In this document: positions 26,871-48,333 of the stretch, one piece after another
Layout: every line of letters begins with the position of its first letter
Position numbering within the stretch: the first letter of the stretch is position 1
From: Lingula anatina
Taxonomy: Eukaryota; Animalia; Brachiopoda
Direction of reading: 5' to 3'
Assembly (NCBI GenBank): GCA_051362555.1
Contig: CM120643.1
Span: forward strand, 18,170,848-18,234,847
DNA: 64,000 nt
Program-made: the position numbers and the translations under genes
The notes under the pieces: generated by a model
The model's database searches: none
Told to the model about the DNA's origin: nothing
The model's input: the letters and a program-made list of their open reading frames with translations, nothing else

Positions 26871-29800
26871 CTAGGCACTCCTCCCTATCAAGTCTCTCTG
26901 TGCTCTTGTCACCACAGAGAGGAGGACTTCTGCCGCTTCCTTCATGGTGGGTCGCACAAAGGGATGCAAATAGCAGCAGCGGGTTACAAAATCCTCTATC
27001 CCCATCAACTCCACAAGGCCGGAGCGCTGCAGAATTACCCCCAGACTGTAAACATCGCTTGCCGTGGTGGATTTGATATTCCAGTATATTTCAGGTGCTA
27101 AATGTTGGCATCTTGTCATCCTTGCCAGTCGCTCCGAGGGGTCGGGAACATCGAATCTGTATCCGCTATTGGAGTCGGAGACGTACGAAGCATTGCCAAA
27201 GTCATTTATGTATGGGCTAGGGTAAGTGCCAATACGGCCAGGTAACAGAATATTGTCTTCTTTTAGATCGTTATGGATCACCCCAATACTGTGCAGTCGT
27301 GCCATTTTGTTGGCGACTTGAAACATCACCCATGCCCATTCACACAAGGACTCTGGCTCTGCCACGGGCGGCACCCTCCTGATCTCCTGAGCCAAGGTGA
27401 TGGAAACCCCTTGGATCACATCCCCGACGAAGTCGGTAACCAAGGCAGTGTCATGAGTGGAGATTGGACGCTGGTCCTCCATCATCTGCAGCAACCCAAC
27501 GAACCTAGACGAAAAGAGAAAAGCAATTTGATGGCGTTGAAATCAATTAAGGGTTCTTGTTATTGTGAATGAAAAATTAAATGGATATTAAGAAAAGGTA
27601 ATAATTCACAAATGAATCAATTTATCATAGTAAAGAAAGAAAAACAAACAAAATTTACGAACAAAAGCTTGCAAAATTCAAAATGCATTGAAGGGAGGTA
27701 GAAAGACAAAATAAACCTGGGCGCAATCTTAGTCCCCAAAATTGCCTCACTTATCCCTTGGCGAAGTTGACTCTCGTTCGACAATTGGGCAAACAGTTGG
27801 TTCTCGAGTTGGTTGAAGAATTTAATCGCCACCAATTTACCCGTAGACAGCTCTGAGGCCAGGAAAACGCTTCCGAAGCAGCCGGAACCCAGTCGGTGGT
27901 GAATTTTGTAGTTTTCTGCATCAAGCAGACCAGGGCATGGGGGTTGATCGTAGAACAGATCAACCCCCTTATTGTCTGTAAATTAAGGTTGGTTGCATGC
28001 TTAATTGGATATTACAACAATAGGAAATGGTGTAATAGTTGCATGTTTTAGAAAGAGCAGGGCCGTAGCCTCCGGGGGGGTGGGCAGGGAGGGGGGGGGC
28101 AGTTGCCCCCCCCTGGAAATGGAATTTTCCACACCGTGGTAGGGGGACACTCCCTTCCCCCTCGGGGGCTTCGCCCCCTCGTATCCGCTTACTGCCCCCC
28201 CTGGAATTTTGCTCAGGCTACGGCCCTGAAGAGACAGTTCCGATGTGTAATGGAAAGGCAATTTAAAAAAAGGGGATATTTCATGGCAACTACTTTACTT
28301 AACTACTTTCTCAAAGGGTTTATAATTTTCAAAATAAGTGAAACTACAATTTTTAGAAAATGAAAGTGACTGTATCCAAGCACCATACACTATATATTGA
28401 GAGCTGGTAAAAAACAAAAAAGATGAAGACACGGATTTCAATTTACAAAGCCACTATATTTGTAAAAAATAAAAAACGGGGGGAGGGGGGGGGGGGAGAA
28501 AAAACTGGCAGCATCATACCTATCCCCTTATAGAAATCCTCCAGTATACTGATCATGTTCTCTGGTGACTACATGTAGATTATGAAAACAATAAAGCAAT
28601 TGATAAATGAAATAAAAAATGAAATTAAAATAAATGAAATTTAAATTAATAAATTAAGCAATTATAACAGAAATTACAAAAGAAAAAAAAAAAAAGAAAA
28701 CATAAATAAAAAAGAAAATATTATCCCTATGGAGTAAAAGTAGCCTTAACTCACGAACATGCTTGAAAATGAAGATATTAGTTATCTAAAAACAGCAAAA
28801 AAGGTATTGGTGAGTGAAATTCAATGTGTCGATAGTGAACAACAAGGAGAGTGGCAAATGAAAAAAAAAACAAAAACAACTTTTAATCACTGGGCGTGAG
28901 TGATTAACTTATATCAGTAACGCCAACCTTGGGACCTCTGGGCCCGGGGTACACGGCCACGGTGTATGTCCCTCTAGATGCATTGCGGGGAGAATCCAAT
29001 TTCGATAGCTCCTCAGAACTTACAGATACCACCTCTACAATAAATACATAACAAGATAATAATCTTTTTTTAAATCAGCAGATTATCGAACGTCGATGAT
29101 AGATGATGGTTTTATACTCTTGCAAATATGCCAGGGATTAACATATAAAAGCCTTCACTTCAATGGTGCAAGAGAGAGAGAGCACTATAGTACTGCAGTG
29201 CCTTATTTACAAAGAATAAAGAATAAGCTCTACATTTCTAAACGTCAAGATAAATCCTACCCAGATCCTCTCCTGCGTGGGATGGTGGGATTTCAGGCAA
29301 ATCTGGGGTAGAGGAGGGTGCGCCGGAGGATGTTGGACATGAGGGGTTCTAGAGCGAAACAAAGATTGAGAGAAGAAAGGAAAGATTGAAAAGATTAAGA
29401 AAAGAAATGAAGTGTGTAGGAAAACAGGGGAAAAAAGAAAAACAGGCAAGTAAATAAATTATAACAGAAATTACAAAAGAAAAAAAGGAAACATAAATAA
29501 AGAAAGAAAGTATTGTCCCTATCTAAGTACAAGTAGCCTTAAGTCATAAACATGCTTGAAAGTGTTAGTTATGTAAAAACAGCCAAAACTTATTGATGAG
29601 TGAACTTCATTGTGTCGATAGTGAACAGCAAGGAGAGAATGTGGCAAAGGATAATGACAAAAAAATACATCCAATCACTGGACGTGAATGGTTATCTTAT
29701 ATCAGTAATACAGACCTTAGGGCCTCTGGGCCCGGGGTACACGGCCAAGGTGTATGTCCCTCTAGATGCATTGCGGTGAGCATCCAATTTTGATAGCTCC

Positions 29801-31135
29801 TCAGAACGTACAGATTCGACCTCTACAATAAATACATAAAAATAAAACAATATTATAAAATATTAAAAAATTAGCAGATTATCGAGCGGCGATGATAGAA
29901 GATGGTGTTATAATTTTGCAATATGCCAGAGATCAATTTATAATAGCCTTCACTTCAATAATGCACAAGAGGGAGCACTATATAGTACTGCAGTACCTTA
30001 CATACAATAAATAAAGAATTAGCTCTACATTTCTAAAAGGCAAAATGAATCCTACCCAGATCCTCTCCTGCGATTTCAGGTAAATCTGGAGTAGAGGAGG
30101 GTGCGCTGGAGGATGTTGAACTTGAGGGGTTCTAGAGCGAAACAAAGATTGATAGAAGGAAGGAAAGATTGAAAAGATTGGGAGAGGAAATTAAGTGTGT
30201 AAGAAAAGAGGGGAAAATAAAAACACATACATGGTTAATCACACTATTGAAAACATCAGAACTCTAAAGGCACTTGAAACATGAGATGAAAAAATGCATG
30301 CAAATACCCTTCGAAATTTCTTCTGACACCAGCGCCGAAAACGGGCCAGCTTCTTAGGAGCTCTCGGTCCAGTATCACGAGGACTCCTTCTCCCTTGTGC
30401 TGCAACACCCAGTGATAGATATTTGATAAAACATACGGCATAAATGGTAACTGGTGTTAAATATACATGTAGCATGCTGAGTAAACAAATAGATTGTATA
30501 TATTGATGGAGTACGTGTATGTTGCTTTTAAATGAGTTAGTTCCATTAACCAAATTGTGTATTTTAAATAATATCGTATTCTTTTCTTTCGTCAGACCAG
30601 AGGCATGTTATAGACTTATTTTCAACTTACCAGGGCCTCTTCTAAGCCCAAAACAAGCAAGTAAGTTATCCCAATCGCTTTTGCGTGGCTATAAAACAAA
30701 TAGAAATAAATGCTATAAATATTATGCACCCAAATATAAAAAATATCTGTTCCATTACTATTCACAATTCTAGTTATATTAACCTCCCTGCCAAGAGCCA
30801 TATCTGTTTAAAGACGCATAACCTCAAGGAGATTGTTTCACAAGTGAATATTCTGTTTTCCCAAAGATTTTAAACAAAAAAATGAGGTTATTAGCGGTAG
30901 ACGTAGATCAGCACAAGTTTTACACAACTACAATGGCATACCACTACAATGTGCTGAAACCACAAGAACAACGGCTTGTCTTATATGTTGTACAACCTCC
31001 ATGAAATAAATGCCCCAGACCCTCTACCCCCACCCTCCACAACTCTCTCTCTCTCTCTCGAACACTGGTCCACAGAACGCATAATGAAAGTGTATTGTCA
31101 ACCAAACACACAATATAACTTACAATTAATGGCAT
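26871..31135 (-). CDS. Non-RD Ser/Thr protein kinase, copy 2 (10 exons including a duplicated exon 4-5 pair, 493 aa)
   Basis: Exons 31135-31124, 30688-30631, 30399-30308, 30131-30056, 29822-29716, 29348-29261, 29034-28928, 28568-28520, 27975-27717, 27504-26871; all in frame. Motifs GSGCFG, VAIK, HNDLKEDN, DFG, APE, SDVYSLG, RPT. Confidence 0.85.
28058..28228. mobile_element. CAG...CTG MITE with 5-bp TSD (AAGAG), found only in kinase copy 2
   Basis: TIR CAGGGCCGTAGCC...GGCTACGGCCCTG; AAGAG at 28053-28057 and 28229-28233. Confidence 0.85.
28660..30230. repeat. ~0.8-kb tandem duplication inside kinase copy 2
   Basis: 28660-29450 is similar along its length to 29457-30230 (both begin ATTATAACAGAAATTACAAAAG); each unit carries one exon 4 and one exon 5. 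Confidence 0.9.
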
Positions 31136-31254
31136 GTTACTCTCCTTTTATGATAAAATTCTTCGTAAATGGTCAGAATGCTAACGCGGTTCAACACAGT
31201 GTGTATCACTCGTTTGCGGTGTGACGGTTGTCTGAGGAGACGGTTCCCGCAAAC

Positions 31255-31558
31255 TGACGTCACAACAAAGGAGCATGCTTATTGGATGATAACGGGTATT
31301 ATATAAAATTATACTCAATGTCTGAAAATTAATCTCAGAATTGTTGTTGTATCTACACCCATTTAAACCTTATCTCAAATATTTTTGAAAGATGTATTTT
31401 CATTTGTTAAATACAGTTTTTGAAGAAGAGCTTGTATAAACAAATGAGTACAATATCATTTCCTCCATCTCCTGGCATCAGAAAATAGCATAGAAGCAAA
31501 TTTAAAGTATTATGACGTCACACATACAGAATGAGATGTGATGAGATTTGTGACGTTA
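31255..31558 (-). promoter_or_regulatory. Kinase copy 2 promoter with two CREs
   Basis: TGACGTCA at 31255-31262 and 31513-31520, plus TGACGTTA at 31551. Confidence 0.65.
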
Positions 31559-31708
31559 AGTGACTTTGTTGAGACCCTCTAATTCTATAGTCCGAATTCC
31601 GTCCCTCTAATCTTTACTCCCCCTCAAGGCCTTTGTTTTTGAATGTCAAACGGAAAAAATAACAGTAGTCCTAAGGTTTGTTGTTCTAAAAATGGTAACA
31701 TTTCCATC

Positions 31709-31756
<48 letters not shown>

Positions 31757-33805
31757 CAGGGATTTGTTGGTCCGAATGTTCTATAGCGAACGTTGGGACC
31801 AATGAACCTCCCGATTATTGAACCGTTGGACTATTGCTACAGCCCCAAAATAACGATATGGGTCCACGTTTTTACAGCAAGGCTTTCAGTTTTATCATTA
31901 TGTTTTGAGTGCCACATTTTACATGATAATCATCGTGGCTTTCTAAGCGATGTGGGGGTAGGTCTAGTACAAGGAGGGGCAGTGAAGCACTGACCAAGGT
32001 AGGCTATATTCTACTTAAAACCGGTTAGAAATTAGTTACGAAATATAAACTGGCTTTTAGGTTCAAAATTCCAAGTTTCAAATATGCCGAACTGCTGCTC
32101 TGGAATCAGCGTATAATTATTTAATAAATATAGTTCATTTTTTGTTCCGTGCACTATGCTCAGTACGAAAGTTATGGTGCCACTCAGCAACTTTTTCTGA
32201 TCATTATGAATTAAAAACAATAGATGACCACGTAGACTAGATTTGTTGACTTTGAATTAGATAATATTATTAGCTTACCTTCATCAGACCTTGCAGTGAG
32301 AGTGGATAATCTTGCTTCCCTTTAGTAGACCATCGTTTTTATTTGAAAATAAAACTCGTCTGCTAAAATATTCAAGATGTCTGCCATCAATGCTTTTATT
32401 GCCTTCACTTAAAAAGAGCACTTTCGACGTTGTGCACGCTCCTGCAGTGGCATGTTTTGGGCTTAACTTAATCATTTAAAAATTCTCGGGGGTTGGGGAA
32501 GGACTTGTTGTGTCTAATTGCGTTCGCGGAAAATACACATTTACAGTTAATTCCAAGTTATGAGCGACAGAGACTTGAGCTTCAATATAGAAAGCAAGAG
32601 CCATGTGGATAATCTTATCTTTCTCTTATTTCACTTTCAGAAGGTAAACATATACGTTACATGGAACAAATATATGTGGCAAATAACATATAGGACTAAA
32701 AGCTGGATATGATTGCATTTCAAGTCTGAAGATAATGCATGAAACTAATCTTACTAACTGAGAAAAAAAGCTCTGCTGAATTAATTCCCTTGTTGAAGGA
32801 AACCTTGGTTAAAGCAGACTACTATCCATATTGCATCACAGTAGGTACAATTTTCACTAACAGAAAATAAGTTTGTTTGATAATGGATGTTTAAATAGCT
32901 CCAATCTGAAAGATCTGAAATAAAATACAACAATTATTGTAGAATTTTGCCAAACATGGGAAGATTTAAAATTTGTATAAAAGATGCCTCCTTTCAAACT
33001 TCCTTAAAACATGGAATAACTTGACAATTGTATAAAAGACATCATTTGAAATTGACAGAATATTTCAAAAAGGGCACTACTGTTTTAAAAAAATATCACC
33101 TTACATGTACATATAATTCTTGTGACAAAGTGAATATATTAATAACACCAAAGATTAGTGAGCAAATAAAGCACAAGGCTTGCTTCAAAGTATACAGCTT
33201 TTGACTGTTGAATTTATAGTCAAAGTTGCCCAACACCATTCATAATCATTTGGGGTTTGTTTTTACAAAAAAACTTCTTAATAAGCTGGAAAATTGACCT
33301 CAACTTTTAAACTGTTATTTTGTCCACTTCGGCAAAATATGAATTGGTGGTAGCCATTTTGAATAATTCAGAAATACTTTGCCTGTGTTATAAATACAAA
33401 TATCTGCCAAATTTTGTACTTATTTGTGTGGACTACATTGTAATATGGGCACCTTTTACCTCAAGGAGACCCAATTTTGGTCCTAGACTAAAACTTTAAA
33501 TCAAACTTTGAGCTACAGTCCTTTTGCCAAACTCGTCCAAATGAGCAGAGTTCCAACATCTGATTACATGGTGTTCACATCTAGCTATGCTCCACAAGCA
33601 GAGAACCAGTACATGAGTAAACCCTGTCTGTTACAACTCATTCCGGCTTGAATCAAGCACTTCATTGACACTAATCAAATACTGTTGGACAGCCATGATC
33701 AACCTGGGCCTAAGTTACAAACCAAGACAAACAGTCAGCCTTATTAAATTGGACTAGACTGATTTAATTCAAATATTACTGTTTTTAGTTTGGTTCTGCA
33801 GACAT

Positions 33806-36091
<2,286 letters not shown>

Positions 36092-36643
36092 TTCGCTTTT
36101 GAATATATTACGTTTCACAAGCAATCATTTCAGTTTTGCACGTGTGCCTACGCCGAGGTCACTTTTGAAGTGTTTACCCTCGTATTGAGTCTCCAAACTA
36201 GAACTAGAGTTCTGTACTGAGAAGGAGACGCGTGCGTGGAGATAAGTTTCATAGTTACCACCAGTGGGTACTACTAATGTGTCGTAACTACTTCAGATAA
36301 CAAATTATCCACATCAGTGACACAATAAATACAAACCCATGACAATTAATGGTGATATTTTTATATTTCAAATACGTGTTAGCTGACTTTCATTTTTAGA
36401 ATTAAATGAGTCATTTTGCTTGCTGCAGTGTTACTTTTTACGACAATAGTACCCACTATAAAAGATAAGAAGCATGGAGTCCTCAGGTTTGTTAATGTCC
36501 CTTTGCATTTCATGCTCAGAATTATCTTCATTAGGTTGAAATATAGATGCCATAATATTTTGGAAAGGATTCTCATAGATTATATATACATATACTGGAT
36601 CTGTATCTGGTTCGTTGCAGAAAAATGATATGATAGATAAAAT
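36092..36643. promoter_or_regulatory. Bidirectional promoter region FAM210A/RNMT
   Basis: Divergent start codons only ~550 bp apart; CpG-containing patch at 36140-36300. Confidence 0.65.
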
Positions 36644-43153
<6,510 letters not shown>

Positions 43154-43396
43154 AAACATATCACATATGTACTGGGGCCTGTGTAACAAAAGACTAACAA
43201 CTTGAAAATTGATGCATACTTTTAGACCAAAATTTTGGTCTGCCTCAGCTCAAGATGAATCCATGGTGGATGACTTCCAGATACTGTCTAGTTATTCATT
43301 TTGTATTAGTATGAAACAATCCATTTGTCTTGATATAGAACAGACAAAATATAATATCATTTAATTGGATTACTTTACTATTTTATCTTGGGTCTA

Positions 43397-43637
43397 AGGA
43401 CTCGTTCTCAGTGAAACTTGGTCTTCCTGTATCAATCCAACTGTGCAGGGTCTCCCACTGAATGCAAGCAGATAAAGAGATTCACATGCCTCCTCCTGGT
43501 GTTGAATAGAATACAGAAAAGCAGTTTATTATACAAGTATGTTGGAAACAAGAGGAGGCATGTTAATCTGTTATTCTAATTCCATTTAGACAGAGTCCCT
43601 GCAGAGCTGGACTGATGATTTCATTGGGAATAAGCCC
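43397..43637. mobile_element. Palindromic MITE family D, copy 2, in the RNMT 3' region
   Basis: Inverted arms CCAACTGTGCAGGG...CATGCCTCCTC / GAGGAGGCATG...CCCTGCAGAGCTGG. Confidence 0.55.
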
Positions 43638-44292
43638 CAAGTAAGCTAAAGTCTTGGCTAAGAAGTTGGAACCAATTTTTTTGAAAGTTCATTGCTGAAA
43701 CGAGCTCCAGGATTTCAAAATGTTGATGGAATTCAATGTGTCAGTGTTGGGACATAAAGTGTCAGAATGAGATGGATGGATGAAGGACCCACAGTCAAGG
43801 GAATGTTATATGGATTTTTTTATTTGTCAGCATAATAGATATAACCTTTACAGTCTTGGTTATATTGGACTGGCATTTCAACTTGGTGCTCCAGACGAGT
43901 AGTGTCGGGCTTTAATTTCTGATTTACAAATCTCACAGGTTTTTCCAAGTAACAGTTTTGGATCTTTGTTCTATTTCCATGTAAACTACATACCTGCATT
44001 AGTCATAGCATACCATTTTAAAATGGTGTTGTATAAATGAATATAATATTGTCACAGTTAACGTAAAATATATTACTAAAATGCACTCCTGTCCTACACT
44101 TTGTTCTATGAATTGTTAGTGTTAGAAACTCATTAAAAGGAATATATTTACAAAAGGACAGATGAGAGATGTTTGTGCAGTACATAAACCTCTCTTATTT
44201 AGAAATCGAACCCCTGTGTAATATAAGTGTAAATATTGGAAAGATTTGCAATTCGGGAATGAAGAGAACATTTCAAGTTTTAATTGCAACGA

Positions 44293-44595
44293 AACGTCAT
44301 TGATTTTCGAACCCCATTCTTTAACTGTGACGTCATAATATGCCAAATTTTCTTTGCCGCTTCGTGCGTTACGCAGGAAGATGGAACGACTCAATTATTC
44401 ATTTGTCCATTATATATCTCCCAGCAAATACTGTATATATATCCAAGGTAAATTTATCTCATATGAATGGGCAAAACGAAGTCAAACAGTTTATAGATGC
44501 TGTAAAAATTATAAAATTGATTTTTATGAAATGGGGCACGATTTTATTTAATACCCGACATCTTCCAATAAACAGGCGTCTTTGTTGTGACGTCA
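44293..44595 (+). promoter_or_regulatory. Kinase copy 3 promoter with two CREs
   Basis: TGACGTCA at 44328-44335 and 44588-44595, plus AACGTCA at 44293. Confidence 0.65.
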
Positions 44596-44714
44596 GTTTG
44601 CGGGAGCCGTCTCCTCAGACAACCGTCACACCGCAAACGAGTGATACACATTGTGTTGAACCACGTTAGCATTTGACTATTTACGAAGGAATTCTGTCAT
44701 AAAAGAAGAGCAAC

Positions 44715-47700
44715 ATGCCATTAATTGTAAGTTACATTGTGTATATGGTTGACAATATGCTTTCATTATAAGTTCTGTGAACAAGTGTTAGAGAGAGAGA
44801 GAGTTGTGGAGGGTGGGGGGGGGGGAGGTCGGGATCATTTATTTTTTTGAGATTGTACAACATATAAGACAAGCCTTTTCAAGTTGTTTCAGCATATTGT
44901 ATGCCAATTGGAGTTGTGTTGATCTACGTCAACCGTGTATAACCTCAAATTTTCTTTTAAAATCTTATGGAAAACAGAATATTCACTTGTGAAATTATCT
45001 CCTTGATGTTACGCGTCTTTAAACCGATGAGGCGCTTGGCAGGAAGGTTAATAAAACTAGAAATATGAATAGTACTGGAACATAGATATTTTTTACATTT
45101 GCGTGCAAGATATTCATAGCATTTATTTCTACTTGTTTTATAGCCACACAAAAGCGATTGGGATAATCTGCTATCTTGCTTTGGTCTTAAAAGAGGCCCT
45201 GGTAAGTTGAAAATAAGGCTATAACATGTTTCTGGTCTGACAAAAGAAAAGAACATGATAATATTTAGAATACACAATTGCGTTGAAGAGAAACATATTC
45301 AAAAGCAACATACCTGTACTCCATCAATATGTACTATCTCTTTGCTTACTCAGCATACTACTGTTTATGTCGTATGTTTTATCAAATATCTATCACTGTG
45401 TTTTGCAGCACAAGGGAGAAGGAGTCCTCGTGATACTGGACCGAGAGCTCCTAAGAAGCTGGCCCGTTTTCGGCGCTGGTGTCAGAAGAAATTTGGAAGG
45501 GTATTTGCATTTTTTAAATGCATCAAGCGCCTTCGAGTTTTCTTACTTAGTATACAGTCTGTAGAATTATGATTTAATTATGCCCGTCTATTTTCCCTTT
45601 TTTCCTTGTTTGTTTTTTTTTTACCTTATTTCATTTCTTTCCCGTTTATTCATTCATCCTTTTGCTTTCTCTTTCTCATTACCTCTCTCCTCTTTCTATC
45701 TAGAATCCACCCAGCTCAACTTCCACCACTCCAGGTTTACCCGAAATTAAAACATCCCACGTGGGAGAGGATCTGGGTAGAGGACCTCTATTGTGTCGTT
45801 CAAAATGGATTTCTTATTAGTCCTTATACGACAGGGACTATACTCCTTGTTCTCATTATTAACGAAAAATAAACTTAATAAACCGCTTGTCAGTTAATTA
45901 ATGGCGTACCTTCTATTTATAAAGAAATAAAATCGCCATCCATCTTCGAAAAAAAAAAATAGATGTAGGCCTATCGGTGGTTAAGTCATGTATTCATTTC
46001 AGTGCTCGAATCGGTAAGTTCCGAAGACCTGCCAGATTGTGACTCTGCCCCAAAGATATCAGGAGGCACATACACCGTGAACGTGTCCCCCAGTCCCGGA
46101 GGTTCTACGGTCGGTGTTACTGATATAACCTTTCACGTCCAACGTTGATACTAATTTTTTCTTTTAATTTTATTTAAAAGCTTATGACCTAATGTAAGCG
46201 CTGCTCGTTCACTCACACAATTTAATTAAATTATTTGTTGCTGTTTTGCACTGTTTTATTCCCTTTCAAAGATTTATATGTTAAGCTAACTCTTACGGGG
46301 CTTATACATGTATTTTCTTTTATGTATTTCAGTATATTTTATTTTACTTATTTATTTTTTATTGTTTCCATAATCTAGTCACCAGATGATAGCATCTATC
46401 CATTGGAGGATTTTTACGTAGGGACAGGTATGATATTATTATCTTATATTTGTCTTTTCTTACACAAAATATTGAATAAATTTATCCAAGTCTTCTTAAA
46501 ATCCACACAACATTGCTTATAAATCAGTTGGTATTGCACTTAAACAAGTTTATGTGTTTAAATTTCTATATAGGCGTTTTGATGTTTTTTAAAAAATACT
46601 TAAAAGTATCGTGTTTTCTTTAATTTTGAAAGAAAATAAAAACATCCTTGTGTAGTATTTAAAAAAATAAACAGCCGCAGAAAAGTGGGGAGGTAAGCGT
46701 GGTTGAAATGTCCTTCATTTACCTGTTTTGTATGGACACTGCATCATATTCATTCCAAGGAAGTTTAAAACAAGAATTATCTACAATTTCTTTTTTCTTC
46801 TCTCTTTAGAACTGGATACATATCGGACCTTATTGTTAATTTTTTAAATAATAAATATTGCTGTATCACTATCTTTTCATCATGCCTTCAACCATGCAAA
46901 CTTTATTCATTTACAGCTATAAAGGATATTGATCTGTTTTTTGCTCGAGCCTCATGTCCCGATCTGCTCGACAACAAGAACTATAAATTCCTTGGCGAAC
47001 TTGGGTCCGGCTGCTTCGGGAGCGTCTTCTTGGCCTCCGAGTTGTCGTCAGGCAACTTAGTGGCCATAAAATACTTCAAACGCCTCGCTAACCAGATGTT
47101 CACCCAGGTGGCGCGAGAGGCCCAGCTCCACCAAGGGATAAGTGAGGCAGTACCGGGAACCAAAATTGTGCCCAGGTATATTTATGTCAATCTCCCTTCA
47201 GTTTCTGCTGAACTTTTCTAAGTATTTATTTAATACTTGCGATTTGCTTATTTATCTTTCTACTTGTGGAATGTTCCTATAGAGGTATTTGTATATTCAT
47301 AATTTGTCGACTTAGTCATTTTTTAAACCATTAATACACACAATTCTATTTTATTTTTTCATTTATTTATTCTTTCACTATCACGCAATGTACTTTTAAC
47401 CCTGTTATCGTTTGTCTCCTCTCGGCTAGGTTCGTTGGGTTGCTTCACGTAAGAGTAGACCAGCGCCCGGAGCGCTGCAACGAGACTGCCTTAGTTACAG
47501 ACTTCATTGGGGACATGAACCAAAGGGTTTCCATTACCTTGGCTGAGGAGATCATGAGGGTACCGCCCCTGCCAGAGCCGGAGTCCTTGTGTGAATGGGC
47601 ATGGGTGATGTTTCAAGTTGCCCGAAAAATGGAACGACTGCACAGTCTAGGGGTGATACACAATGACTTGAAAGAAGACAACATACTATTGTCTGGCCGC

Positions 47701-48057
47701 ATTGGCACTTACCCTTGCCCCTACATAAGCGACTTGGGCAGTGCGTCTTACACCTCCGACCCCGAGGGTGGATTTAAGCAACGTGTCCCCGACCCCTCAG
47801 AACGACTGGCAAGAATGACCAAATGCCCACATTCGGCTCCCGAAATCTACTGGAATATCACTGCTAGCACCAAAAGTGATGTTTACAGTCTGGGGGTAAT
47901 TCTCCAGCGCTCTGGCCTTGGGGAGGTGATGGGGATACAGGAGTTTGTAACCCGCTGCTGCTCTCTGTACACCCCTGGGCGGCCCACCATGAGGGTAGCG
48001 GCAGAAGTTTTCCTCTCTGTGATGACAAGAGCACAAAGGACCGTGTGGGACAAATAG
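44715..48057 (+). CDS. Non-RD Ser/Thr protein kinase, copy 3 (8 exons, 425 aa)
   Basis: Exons 44715-44726, 45144-45201, 45409-45500, 45704-45776, 46003-46109, 46379-46427, 46917-47175, 47430-48057; sizes 12/58/92/73/107/49/259/628, identical to copy 1. Complete kinase motif set. Confidence 0.88.
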
Positions 48058-48089
48058 CTGGGATATGGGAGAGCACCAGTTCCACCGCC

Positions 48090-48333
48090 TAGGGGAAGGA
48101 AAACCCCGACAGAAAACCCGGGCGGATGGAGCTCGTTAGCGAACAGCAATCGTCTAAGGGAAGGAAAACCCCGACAGAAAACCCGGGCAGATGGAGCTCG
48201 TTAGCGGACAGCAATCGTCTAAGGGAAGGAAAACCCCGACAGAAAACCCGGGCAGATGGAGCTCGTTAGCGGACAGCAATCGTCTAAGGGAAGGAAACCC
48301 TAACAGAAAACCTGGGCAGATGGAGCTCGTTAT
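48090..48333 (+). repeat. 65-bp tandem array, ~3.75 units, 3' of kinase copy 3
   Basis: Units start at 48090, 48155, 48220 and 48285 (partial); reverse complement of the arrays at 18156 and 26207. Confidence 0.95.

Noticed and set aside
31560-31845. Degenerate short-period repeats around a poly-T tract at the edge of kinase copy 2
   Set aside because: Probably a transposon remnant, but no ends, TSD or second copy are visible, so it is not called.
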